A DNA stretch of 26,519 nt, taken from positions 1 through 26,519 of the forward strand of contig CAZQVW010000002.1 in NCBI GenBank assembly GCA_964596865.1, written 5' to 3'. A program made the translations under genes and the position numbers. The notes beneath the pieces were generated by a model that worked only from the letters and a program-made list of their open reading frames with translations, was not told the origin of the DNA and searched no databases. This stretch comes from an uncultured Bacteroidaceae bacterium (GTDB lineage Bacteria > Bacteroidota > Bacteroidia > Bacteroidales > Bacteroidaceae). Each line of letters begins with the position of its first letter. Position 1 is the stretch's first letter. Shown here in pieces: positions 18,748-26,519 of this stretch.

Positions 18748-21700
18748 TTAGTTTATAGAGGGTTCGATGCCGGCGTTGTTGAGAGCCGTGTAGTAATGAT
18801 TGAATACTTCGGTGTATTTCTTGGCTTGGGCAGCGAAGCCGGCGTCCTCCAGCCCGATAACGGCCTCGTAGAGGGTGCGCATATTCTGATTGATGCTGGC
18901 CTGGCTCATCTGCATGGGCTTGCTTTGCACATTGATATACCAATTCAGATATTGCTGGGCGGTGTGGGCCATGGTGTTGAGCAATTCGCCGGCTTTCTTC
19001 TTGTTGCCCACGGCCACCCACGCGGCAGCCAAATCTGGGGTGCCGCCCAGTTCATCGCTATAGGAGACACTGGTCTCCGGCAACACCTTGTCGGATTTCT
19101 CCAATACCAGTTTGGCGCGCTTGAGGTCGCCCTGTTTCACCAATTGCTGCGCCAAGATAGCGAACATACGGCGCATAGTGAGACACATGTGGGCGGTGGT
19201 CTCGTCCAAATAGACATTGGGGGCGCCCACGTTGCCAAAGCGGAATTTGTTCATCACGTTGTCGTACATCTTATCCACATCCACGCTCATTCCGTTGTAG
19301 AAAGCGGGGAACGGACTGATTCGATAGGCCAATCCCTCCTGGATTAGGTTGGCATCGAGGCCGAGATAGTTGTCGCGACCCACGGTGATGGCGATATACA
19401 TCGGGCGTGTCCAGTTGCAATTCTGCAGCATCTCCAGCATCATCAGCGAGGGCTTGTATAATGCCTGTCTGCCCTTGAGGGAAATCACCATATAATCGGG
19501 GATGCTGTCGTTGGGGCTGGCAATGAGCATACCGGATTTCCTCACAGCCTGTTTGTCTATCTTCATCACGATGGAATCGGTGGGGATGAAGTGGTATTGT
19601 GGATCTGGATTGCGCACCCAGTATTTCAAGATGTTTTTCAGCTCAAACGGATTGTCGCCCCATTGGGCTTTAGCCTCTTCGGGATTGTCGATGTAGGCTT
19701 GTTTGAGTGCGTCCTTCATATCTTGTATGCGCACATACTCGTTTTGGCCGGTTACATACTCAGCTCTTGCCCATTTAATGGGCACGGCGGGCGAAGAGTA
19801 GGCCGGACGCGCCATTTGGTCGATATACCAGTCGGTCTGGAGGTAGGAAAGGTTGCAAACGCGCGCATCTTGGCGCACTCCCTCCGTGTCTTGATTATAC
19901 CACAAGGGGAATGTGTCGTTATCTCCGTTGGTAAAGATGATTGGGTTGCCTTTTTCTTGCAGGCTGTTGAGGTAATTTTGGCCAAAATCGCGGCAGGAAT
20001 AGCGGTTGGAGCGGTCGTGGTCGTCCCAGTTTTGGGAGCCCATCTGAATAGGCACCAATAGGCACAGTAATGTTACCACCACAGCCATGGCGGGCGCCAG
20101 ATTCCATTGCTTTTGGAAGATTTTGGCGCGGCTAATCCAATCTATCAGTGCGGTAACGCCCATACCAATCCAAATGGCGAAGGCGTAGAACGAACCGGCG
20201 TAGGCATAATCCCTTTCGCGAGGCTGCGAGGGCGTCTGATTCAAATAAAGCACGATGGCAATGCCCGTCATAAAGAACAGGAAGAAGACAACCCAGAATT
20301 GTTGCGCACCTTTACGTCCGCGGAACGCCTGCCAGAATAATCCCAGCAAACCCAGCAATAATGGCAGGGCGTAATAAACATTGTGCCCCTTGTTGTTTTT
20401 CAGAACATCGGGCAGTTTGCTCTGGTCGCCCAAGCGCATATTGTCGATAAATGGGATACCGGTGATCCAGTTGCCGTTCTCGGTTTCTCCCACGCCCTGA
20501 ATATCATTTTGGCGACCGGAGAAATTCCACATAAAGTAGCGCCAATACATGAATCCGAGCTGATAGGAGAGGAAGAACTTGATATTATCAATCTGAGATG
20601 GGATTTGCACCGTCTGTATTTGGCCGTTGCCCGGGTCATAATCCACATCATGATAATGAATATCGCCAAGCCACGATTCGTAGACGGAGGCATAATCGCT
20701 GTTCCAGATACGGGGGAACAGCATGTTTTGGGCGTAGATATAGTCGCTCTTGCTGCCCACCTTTTCGTAGCTGTCTTTTTCGCCCGGGGTGGTCTTCTCT
20801 TTTCTTTCGTAGATTGCTTTTCCCTCGCTGCGGGCGGGCACAAGACGGTTTGGGTCTTCGCTGTCGCGCACCCACTTCAGTTGGCTATTGAATGTGGGGC
20901 CATAGAAAAGCGGGGTGGAGCCATATTGGTCGCGGCTGAGGTAATCGCCAAGGGTGAAGATGTCTTCGGGGGAATTTTGGTCCATCGGCGGATTGGCCGA
21001 GGAGCGGATAACGATAATTGAATAGGTGGAATAGCCAATCATCAGCATCAGGAAGCAGAGAAGCGACGTGTTGAGCACGCGCCTAAGGTCTTTGTTCTCC
21101 ACCACCCTTTTTACCTTGAACAGAGCGAACACAATCGCGCCCAAAATCACGATGCCAATCAGAATGCTCTGCCATCCGTTGCCGAAGAATGGGATACCCA
21201 GCAATGCCACCGATGCCACAAACAGCCATTTGGCGCGTGGCAGGCGGTAGTCCTTTTCTTTCAAATTGAAATAGATGGCGGCGATTACCACGGCCACTAA
21301 TATAATTAGGTAGATGATAAGTCCGGTGTTGAAGGGCAGGCCTAAGTCGTTTACAAACAGCAATTCAAACCAGCCGCCCACCTTTACGATGCCCGGCACC
21401 ACGCCATAGAGGATTACTGCCACCAATAAGAAACTTATCAGCAAAGCTATCAACGAGCCCTTCACTTGTGCGTTGGGGTTGTGGCGATAATAGTAAATCA
21501 ATACGATGGCGGGGATACACAAAAGGTTGAGCAAATGGACGCCGATGCTCAATCCCATAAGATAGGCTATCAATACCAGCCAGCGGTCGGCTCCTGGTTT
21601 GGCGGCTTGGTCTTCCCATTTCAATATCAGCCAGAATACCACTGCCGTAAAGAAAGAGGAGAACGCATATACCTCACCTTCCACTGCGCTAAACCAGAAT

Positions 21701-22107
21701 GTGTCGGAAAAGGTGTAGGCCAACGCGCCCACTGCGCCGCCGCCGAGGATGGCGATGGTCTGAAGGGTGGAGGTTACCTGCCCTTTGTCGCAGATGAGGC
21801 GGCGCAGGAGGTGGGTGATGGTCCAAAAGAGGAAGAGGATTACGCCGGCGCTCAACAAGGCCGACATCGTATTCACCATCTTGGCCACATGGGAGGGGTC
21901 GGAGGCGAACTGGCTAAACAAATTGGCCAGCAGCATGAAAAACGGTGCGCCTGGCGGGTGGCCTATCTCCAGCTTGTAGCCGGTAGTGATAAACTCGGGG
22001 CAATCCCAGAAACTGGCGGTGGGCTCAATGGTGGAGCAATAGACGAATGCCGCTATTGCAAACATCACCCACCCGCAAACATTGTTGAGCAGGTTATACT
22101 TCTTCAT
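18748..22107 (-). CDS. DUF2723 family integral membrane glycosyltransferase (GT-C fold, TMEM260-like)
   Basis: 1119 aa; ASFWDCPEFI..GHPPGAPFF, FWFSAVEGEVYA, HLLNLLCIP, ERDYAYAGSFYAF, NGDNDTFPLWY; many TM helices, large periplasmic loops and a helical TPR-like C-terminus. Confidence 0.88.
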   Translation of the reverse strand: MKKYNLLNNVCGWVMFAIAAFVYCSTIEPTASFWDCPEFITTGYKLEIGHPPGAPFFMLLANLFSQFASDPSHVAKMVNTMSALLSAGVILFLFWTITHLLRRLICDKGQVTSTLQTIAILGGGAVGALAYTFSDTFWFSAVEGEVYAFSSFFTAVVFWLILKWEDQAAKPGADRWLVLIAYLMGLSIGVHLLNLLCIPAIVLIYYYRHNPNAQVKGSLIALLISFLLVAVILYGVVPGIVKVGGWFELLFVNDLGLPFNTGLIIYLIILVAVVIAAIYFNLKEKDYRLPRAKWLFVASVALLGIPFFGNGWQSILIGIVILGAIVFALFKVKRVVENKDLRRVLNTSLLCFLMLMIGYSTYSIIVIRSSANPPMDQNSPEDIFTLGDYLSRDQYGSTPLFYGPTFNSQLKWVRDSEDPNRLVPARSEGKAIYERKEKTTPGEKDSYEKVGSKSDYIYAQNMLFPRIWNSDYASVYESWLGDIHYHDVDYDPGNGQIQTVQIPSQIDNIKFFLSYQLGFMYWRYFMWNFSGRQNDIQGVGETENGNWITGIPFIDNMRLGDQSKLPDVLKNNKGHNVYYALPLLLGLLGLFWQAFRGRKGAQQFWVVFFLFFMTGIAIVLYLNQTPSQPRERDYAYAGSFYAFAIWIGMGVTALIDWISRAKIFQKQWNLAPAMAVVVTLLCLLVPIQMGSQNWDDHDRSNRYSCRDFGQNYLNSLQEKGNPIIFTNGDNDTFPLWYNQDTEGVRQDARVCNLSYLQTDWYIDQMARPAYSSPAVPIKWARAEYVTGQNEYVRIQDMKDALKQAYIDNPEEAKAQWGDNPFELKNILKYWVRNPDPQYHFIPTDSIVMKIDKQAVRKSGMLIASPNDSIPDYMVISLKGRQALYKPSLMMLEMLQNCNWTRPMYIAITVGRDNYLGLDANLIQEGLAYRISPFPAFYNGMSVDVDKMYDNVMNKFRFGNVGAPNVYLDETTAHMCLTMRRMFAILAQQLVKQGDLKRAKLVLEKSDKVLPETSVSYSDELGGTPDLAAAWVAVGNKKKAGELLNTMAHTAQQYLNWYINVQSKPMQMSQASINQNMRTLYEAVIGLEDAGFAAQAKKYTEVFNHYYTALNNAGIEPSIN

Positions 22108-22361
22108 TTTTTAATGTGAAGGTGTGTTCAGAAAAGGCCGTGCCCCGTTTGTGTTCTATTCCGTGCGTGCGGCTTTGTCTCCTGTGGAGGTGTCTTTTGC
22201 CCGTGCTGGGAATGGGTCTGGCCGTTATGCAATCTATCTGCAATTACCGGTGAGCTTTCAACAACTGCGTGTGTGTTGTCTGCCACAACTGGTGTGCGCC
22301 ATAGAGCCTTGCGGGGCCGTTTTCTGATTCGGAAATAATTTGGTTTTGCAAAATCTGACTG

Positions 22362-22393
22362 CAAAGTTACGCCTTTGCCGCCAAAAAGCCAAA
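22362..22393 (-). promoter_or_regulatory. Bacteroidetes sigma-70 promoter for the DUF2723 gene
   Basis: Minus strand TTTG (22393-22390), 20-nt spacer, TAACTTTG (22369-22362); implies a leader of about 250 nt. Confidence 0.75.
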
Positions 22394-22460
22394 TTTTTCT
22401 TCATTTTTTGGTGGCAAGGATTTGTGGGGGCGCGAGGAAAGTGCTCTTTTCTGTATACAA

Positions 22461-22506
22461 TCCGCTCCCAAAATTCCCCGATGAAATCGCGGATTTTGGG
22501 AGCGGA
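22461..22506 (-). terminator. Hairpin downstream of the DUF3857 pair
   Basis: TCCGCTCCCAAAAT (22461-22474) / ATTTTGGGAGCGGA (22493-22506), perfect 14-bp outer stem with inner CGAT-GAA-ATCG; 21 nt past the stop codon; weak U-tract. Confidence 0.7.
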
Positions 22507-22527
22507 GCTATTTCTTTAGTTGCGGAG

Positions 22528-24150
22528 TTATCTATTTTCTTTCTTAATAAACAGTAAGTGCGTTTGGGAGGGACTTATCCACATATTGAGAATTGTGCGG
22601 AGGTCGGCATATTCCCAAGGAGTGTATGTCTTCTTCGGCAGCGAGAGGTTGCGCACAACGCGGATGGTGGAGTCGTTGAGGGTGGTGAGGCTCTGTTGCA
22701 GGCGGGCGCCGCAGGGCGAGGAGATAAGCGTGTCAATCCGTGAGGCGCAGGTCAGACCCTTGTCAATAGAGATAAGAAAAGTGTCGGCCTCGTTCAGGAT
22801 GGCGGGAATCTCGATGTCGGTTTCGCGGAGGGAGGGCCAAGGATTGTAGTCCCACGCCTGTGCACCGCCGTTGTTGGCGGGCAGACCCAGAAGGAGGTAT
22901 CCATTCTTAATATTCTCGCTTTTGGCGGCGAGATGAGTTTTGGTGTGGGTGTGAATTGGCTGAGCAGGAATTATAAAAGAGGTGTCGGCGGCTTCCACTG
23001 CGATATTACTACTGTTTAGCGGCGTGAGGTCATTGGCGCGTAGCAGGCGAGGCTTGCTGTCTTTGCGCTCGATGATGGCAAACGACGTGGCGTTGGCGGG
23101 CAGGCGAAATTCTTTTGGCATTGAGGCGGGAAAAACCATAGCGGGCGAGGCCTTAATGTTGCAAGCGTTGAGTATTTGTGTGATTAAAAGGGCGTGTTCC
23201 CATGGCGTCTGGTAACCGCAATTTCTCTGCGCCTCAAAGCTGCGCGTTTTCTCCACTAAATTATAGGGGATTTTCACGATGGAATGGCTGTTTTTCGCAT
23301 AATCGAAAATGCTGTTTTCGCGTTTGGACACATCGGACTCTTCTTCCACGATATTTTTGCCCCATTCTGTGATTTTAGGGTCTGCTGAATTTTGGATTAC
23401 TTCAGTCCATTCCGTTTTGGGGTCTGATAGGGTGGTCATCCATCGCCACTGTGTCCGTATGTCGCTCACTTGCCACGCTTCGCGACGGCGTGCGGGAATA
23501 TTGTTTACTACATATTCTGTTACGCTGTTTTCTCCGATGAAATCGTGGTTTTTCGGAGAGATTTCGCCTTCAGGAGAGTAGACAGAAATTCGAGGATTTT
23601 CTGTTTTTGGTACACGGATAGTGAGCGTACGCTTGAGAATGGGCGACGACTGGTTGAATTCCCCGATGAAATCGAAGTTTTTGTTGAATCCCGGGCGCGA
23701 ATGTAAGGTGTATGTAAGGTGGATAGTGGAACCGAGGTCGAGGCCCGTATGGACGATGACTGCCTCGCGCAGGTGATTAAAGTCGGACGCCTTGGCCGCC
23801 CACGAGGGAAGCACCTCCACGAGGGCATTTTCCGGCATTGTGATGCGCGTGCCGTCGCGGCGAACGGTGTAGGCTGTGTCGATGTGGAGAGTCTGGTAGT
23901 CCGGATTGTAACAAACGAATGTCTGCCCGTAGGTGGAATTCATTGCCGTGTGGGTAAACAGTGTAAGTGAGAAAGAAACGCGGTGGTCGGTGGACCCATC
24001 GGCATTGCGCACAAGGCTTTCGTCCAGAAAGTTGTAGATAGCTTCGCAGGGATCGTCCATGAAGGTCTTTTTGATGGCGTTGTCAGTAACGGATTGTGCC
24101 GAGAGGGTGGTGGATAGAATGGAGGCAACCAATAATATCTGTGTGCGCAT
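22528..24150 (-). CDS. DUF3857-domain protein with a degenerate transglutaminase-like domain (540 aa, secreted)
   Basis: Signal peptide MRTQILLVASILSTTLSA-Q; DUF3857-type motifs YNPDYQTLHIDTAYTVRRDG, HTGLDLGSTIHL. The core helix GYQTPWEHALL lacks the catalytic Cys. Second Met chosen as start. Confidence 0.75.
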   Translation of the reverse strand: MRTQILLVASILSTTLSAQSVTDNAIKKTFMDDPCEAIYNFLDESLVRNADGSTDHRVSFSLTLFTHTAMNSTYGQTFVCYNPDYQTLHIDTAYTVRRDGTRITMPENALVEVLPSWAAKASDFNHLREAVIVHTGLDLGSTIHLTYTLHSRPGFNKNFDFIGEFNQSSPILKRTLTIRVPKTENPRISVYSPEGEISPKNHDFIGENSVTEYVVNNIPARRREAWQVSDIRTQWRWMTTLSDPKTEWTEVIQNSADPKITEWGKNIVEEESDVSKRENSIFDYAKNSHSIVKIPYNLVEKTRSFEAQRNCGYQTPWEHALLITQILNACNIKASPAMVFPASMPKEFRLPANATSFAIIERKDSKPRLLRANDLTPLNSSNIAVEAADTSFIIPAQPIHTHTKTHLAAKSENIKNGYLLLGLPANNGGAQAWDYNPWPSLRETDIEIPAILNEADTFLISIDKGLTCASRIDTLISSPCGARLQQSLTTLNDSTIRVVRNLSLPKKTYTPWEYADLRTILNMWISPSQTHLLFIKKENR

Positions 24151-24253
24151 AGTGGTTGCTGATAATTTCAATATGTTTGTTGGAAAGTTCATGATGCCTA
24201 TAGTATATCGCTTATAATAATATGATGAGATTTTTGTTTTGCTCGCAATTCGC

Positions 24254-26389
24254 TCATTTACTGATGAAAATATTGCTTTGCAGGTCGCGGAAACTGTCTC
24301 TCACTTCCTTAAATTCCTGCCAGTCGGCGGCGTCATAGACGCGCTTAAAGAACTTGGCATTGGCCGTGAGCTTGAGCGTCTGTCCGGATTGGGCGAGCGA
24401 GGCTTTGAGCGTGGCGGGGGCGTGGGTGATGTCCTCGTTGATGGGGTCTGTCTGCATTTTCATGCCCGCGGGCAGGAGCATGGTCTCGTCCACCACCACT
24501 TGGCGTGAACACCTATCCCTAAAGGCGTATTGGCGCGTGGAATTGTTGCCGCCCACGTTGAGGAACGAGAGGATGTGCGTGTAGAAATTGTTCATTGTGA
24601 GGGGCTTGAATAGCATTCCCTCGCTTCCGCCCACGGCATAGTTGGGTATGCGGAAGCGGAATGTGATTTTAATGGGGGCGCGTTGGTAGTCTTTCGGGTC
24701 TGGGCCGTAGTCTACGTCAAGTATCTGCGCCTGTGGCGACACTTTCAGCATCTCGCCCTCCATACTTTGCTGCCAGTTGCTTTGCCATCCGCGTGTGAAC
24801 ACACTGCGCACGCTGGCATCGCTCTGGCCCTCGGCCTGCACGGTGGCTATGCCGACGAGTGTGCCATCGGCCTGCAGTGTGTCTCTGGCAATGAGGCGGA
24901 TATAATGATTTTCGGGCGGCGAGAGGGGCGTTTCCTTGAGGTCGCTACCCTCCGGAATGCCGGGCAGATAATTTTGCTGCTGTTCGGCACTGCTCCACAG
25001 CTCCCTGCAGAACGGCACCCACGTAGGATCCATTGGCATCAGCGTGCCATTTTTCAGTTTCACCACGCACACGCAGTGGTTGAAGTGGTCGGCGGGTATT
25101 TGTTCCACTCGGCTGCCCGCCATCGTCATGGCTGGCCACGCCTGGAAGCCCGCAGTGCGCAATAGTCCGATGAGCGTGCCGGCGATGTCCTTGCATACGC
25201 CGCCGCGGTCGGTGAGGTCCATATTCAGCGAGTGGAGCGTATAGCCTTCGCCCTTGCCCATGGTCAATCCCACGTAGCGGATATTGTCGGCCACCCAGTG
25301 GGTGAGGGCGGCAATCTTCTCCATTTCCGTTTTCTTGCCCTTAAGGATTTCTTTTACCAATTTCTTGGCCTCCGGCGTGGTGCGAAATGAACCGTAATTC
25401 TCGTTTACATGGTTAAACCACAGGGATTTGGCTTTCCAATCCTTGGTGGTGGACAGCATCAGTTTGGGAGCCACGTCAAAGAGGTCTACCATAGAGGTCT
25501 CTTTGCGGAAAGGCACTTGGTTGGCGAGCGCTATCCTTAGTGTTTGCCGCCCGTTGGCGGTGGATTTCACTTCCTCTTTCGCACCATTGTATTGATAGAG
25601 ATGGTATTGCAACTTGCAGGTGTCGGGCAGCTCCACTTGATACACCTTTCTGCGCGTGGGTTCGTCCACCCACATAGGCACGATGTCGTAGAATTGCCCT
25701 CGCATCGGCGGAGTAAAGCGTTCTTCGTCTGCGTCCGCCAAAGGGGTTGCCGAAACTGAGGAATAAGAGTGTGTTCTGCCCCCTATCGCGCCCGTGCCTA
25801 CTTTTAAGGTGTTCGCCCCTCCTCCAAAAGTGCTGAAACCGGTGGGATTGTCGGCCAGCAGCGCATAGGTAAAACCTTTCTTTTCTATCTCATATTCAAT
25901 GGTGTCGCCCTTGTCAATCGGGCCCAGCTCCAGCATTATCTGGCGCGCGCCCCAATAGATGGAGCGGGCGGGAGCGGCGTAATCCTTGGCCGCGCGGACG
26001 TCCACTTCTTTCACACTGCCGTCAGCCTTGCAAATTCGTGCATACTTAAATTGGGCGAACGCCGTGAGAGGGTCGTAATCATATACTACGCAGTGGCGAG
26101 CAAGGCCGGCAGACGCGCTTTGTATCACTTCTTTCTTTACTATATAAAATGTGCCCGAGCCGCTACCACTGACATTGACGTAAGTGCTATCGAGCAGCAT
26201 CACCGCTTCCGCGTTACTAAAAGCCTGTTCCACATCTGTTTGGGCTGTGGATTTGGCCATGGCCTGCGCCCCCGTGAATAACGGCATTATCGCCACGGCA
26301 GTAGCGCCCAGCATCAAGGTTGTGTTCCTGCGTCCGCAACGCATGGCGGAGCGTAGACGCCCACAAATAGTCTTATGAAATCTTTTCAT
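24254..26389 (-). CDS. DUF3857 + transglutaminase-like domain protein (711 aa, secreted) with an intact catalytic triad
   Basis: GGVCKD (Cys), FNHCVC (His), MDPT (Asp); WVADNIRYVG precedes the core. Signal-like N-terminus ending GAQAMA. Start 26389 chosen because the promoter lies in the ORF extension. Confidence 0.85.
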   Translation of the reverse strand: MKRFHKTICGRLRSAMRCGRRNTTLMLGATAVAIMPLFTGAQAMAKSTAQTDVEQAFSNAEAVMLLDSTYVNVSGSGSGTFYIVKKEVIQSASAGLARHCVVYDYDPLTAFAQFKYARICKADGSVKEVDVRAAKDYAAPARSIYWGARQIMLELGPIDKGDTIEYEIEKKGFTYALLADNPTGFSTFGGGANTLKVGTGAIGGRTHSYSSVSATPLADADEERFTPPMRGQFYDIVPMWVDEPTRRKVYQVELPDTCKLQYHLYQYNGAKEEVKSTANGRQTLRIALANQVPFRKETSMVDLFDVAPKLMLSTTKDWKAKSLWFNHVNENYGSFRTTPEAKKLVKEILKGKKTEMEKIAALTHWVADNIRYVGLTMGKGEGYTLHSLNMDLTDRGGVCKDIAGTLIGLLRTAGFQAWPAMTMAGSRVEQIPADHFNHCVCVVKLKNGTLMPMDPTWVPFCRELWSSAEQQQNYLPGIPEGSDLKETPLSPPENHYIRLIARDTLQADGTLVGIATVQAEGQSDASVRSVFTRGWQSNWQQSMEGEMLKVSPQAQILDVDYGPDPKDYQRAPIKITFRFRIPNYAVGGSEGMLFKPLTMNNFYTHILSFLNVGGNNSTRQYAFRDRCSRQVVVDETMLLPAGMKMQTDPINEDITHAPATLKASLAQSGQTLKLTANAKFFKRVYDAADWQEFKEVRDSFRDLQSNIFISK

Positions 26390-26412
26390 CCTTTTATAAT
26401 TTATTTTGCCCA

Positions 26413-26443
26413 CAAAAATACCACTTTTCCCCCTCCTGCCAAA
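26413..26443 (-). promoter_or_regulatory. Bacteroidetes sigma-70 promoter for the DUF3857 operon
   Basis: Minus strand TTTG (26443-26440), 19-nt spacer, TATTTTTG (26420-26413), 23 nt upstream of the ATG. Confidence 0.7.
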
Positions 26444-26462
26444 ATTTTCCCCCGAGAGAGTT

Positions 26463-26519
26463 TCCACATCCAATCCTTTTGACTATCGTTAACAGTGCTG
26501 TAACAATAACTAAACAGTA
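26463..26519. repeat. Second copy of the 22-bp palindrome element, truncated at the window end
   Basis: TCCACATCCAATCCTTTTGACTATCGTTAACAGTGCTGTAACAATAACTAAACAGTA matches 13598-13654 with two substitutions, in the same orientation. Confidence 0.95.

Noticed and set aside
22124-22557. Small ORFs (60-78 aa) in the DUF2723-DUF3857 intergenic region as leader peptides
   Set aside because: The minus-strand ORF 22128-22364 starts inside the -7 box and so cannot be on the transcript; the others are antisense, cross hairpins and have no coding features.
13598-26519. The repeat-flanked block as an integrative element or composite transposon
   Set aside because: No integrase, transposase, relaxase or tRNA attachment site; the enclosed genes look like ordinary chromosomal Bacteroidota genes.

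Overview
Chromosomal segment of a Bacteroidota (Prevotellaceae-like; inferred from protein style and TAnnTTTG promoters) genome. Bases 1-11.3 kb hold the conserved core cluster: 3' part of tRNA-Trp, secE, nusG, rplK, rplA, rplJ, rplL, rpoB, rpoC. Bases 11.7-26.4 kb hold envelope and accessory genes: an AspT/YidE/YbjL-type transporter, an orphan Ser-type sulfatase, a small lipoprotein, a TrmH/SpoU methyltransferase, a DUF4294 protein, a signal-less CE4 deacetylase behind a DUF2723 (TMEM260-like GT-C) glycosyltransferase, and a tandem pair of DUF3857/transglutaminase-like proteins (one with an intact Cys-His-Asp triad, one apparently inactive). No transposase, integrase, phage gene or CRISPR array was seen. 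The most unusual non-coding features are: (i) an element built from ACAGTACTGT palindromes at a 22-bp period, whose left 57 bp recur at 55/57 identity 12,865 bp away at the window end; (ii) an unrelated 22-bp tandem repeat; (iii) GTAG-type REP-like motifs in all three convergent intergenic regions. The best candidates for an undescribed system are the 22-bp palindrome element and the DUF2723 plus deacetylase glycosylation module. All family assignments come from motif recognition, not database searches.
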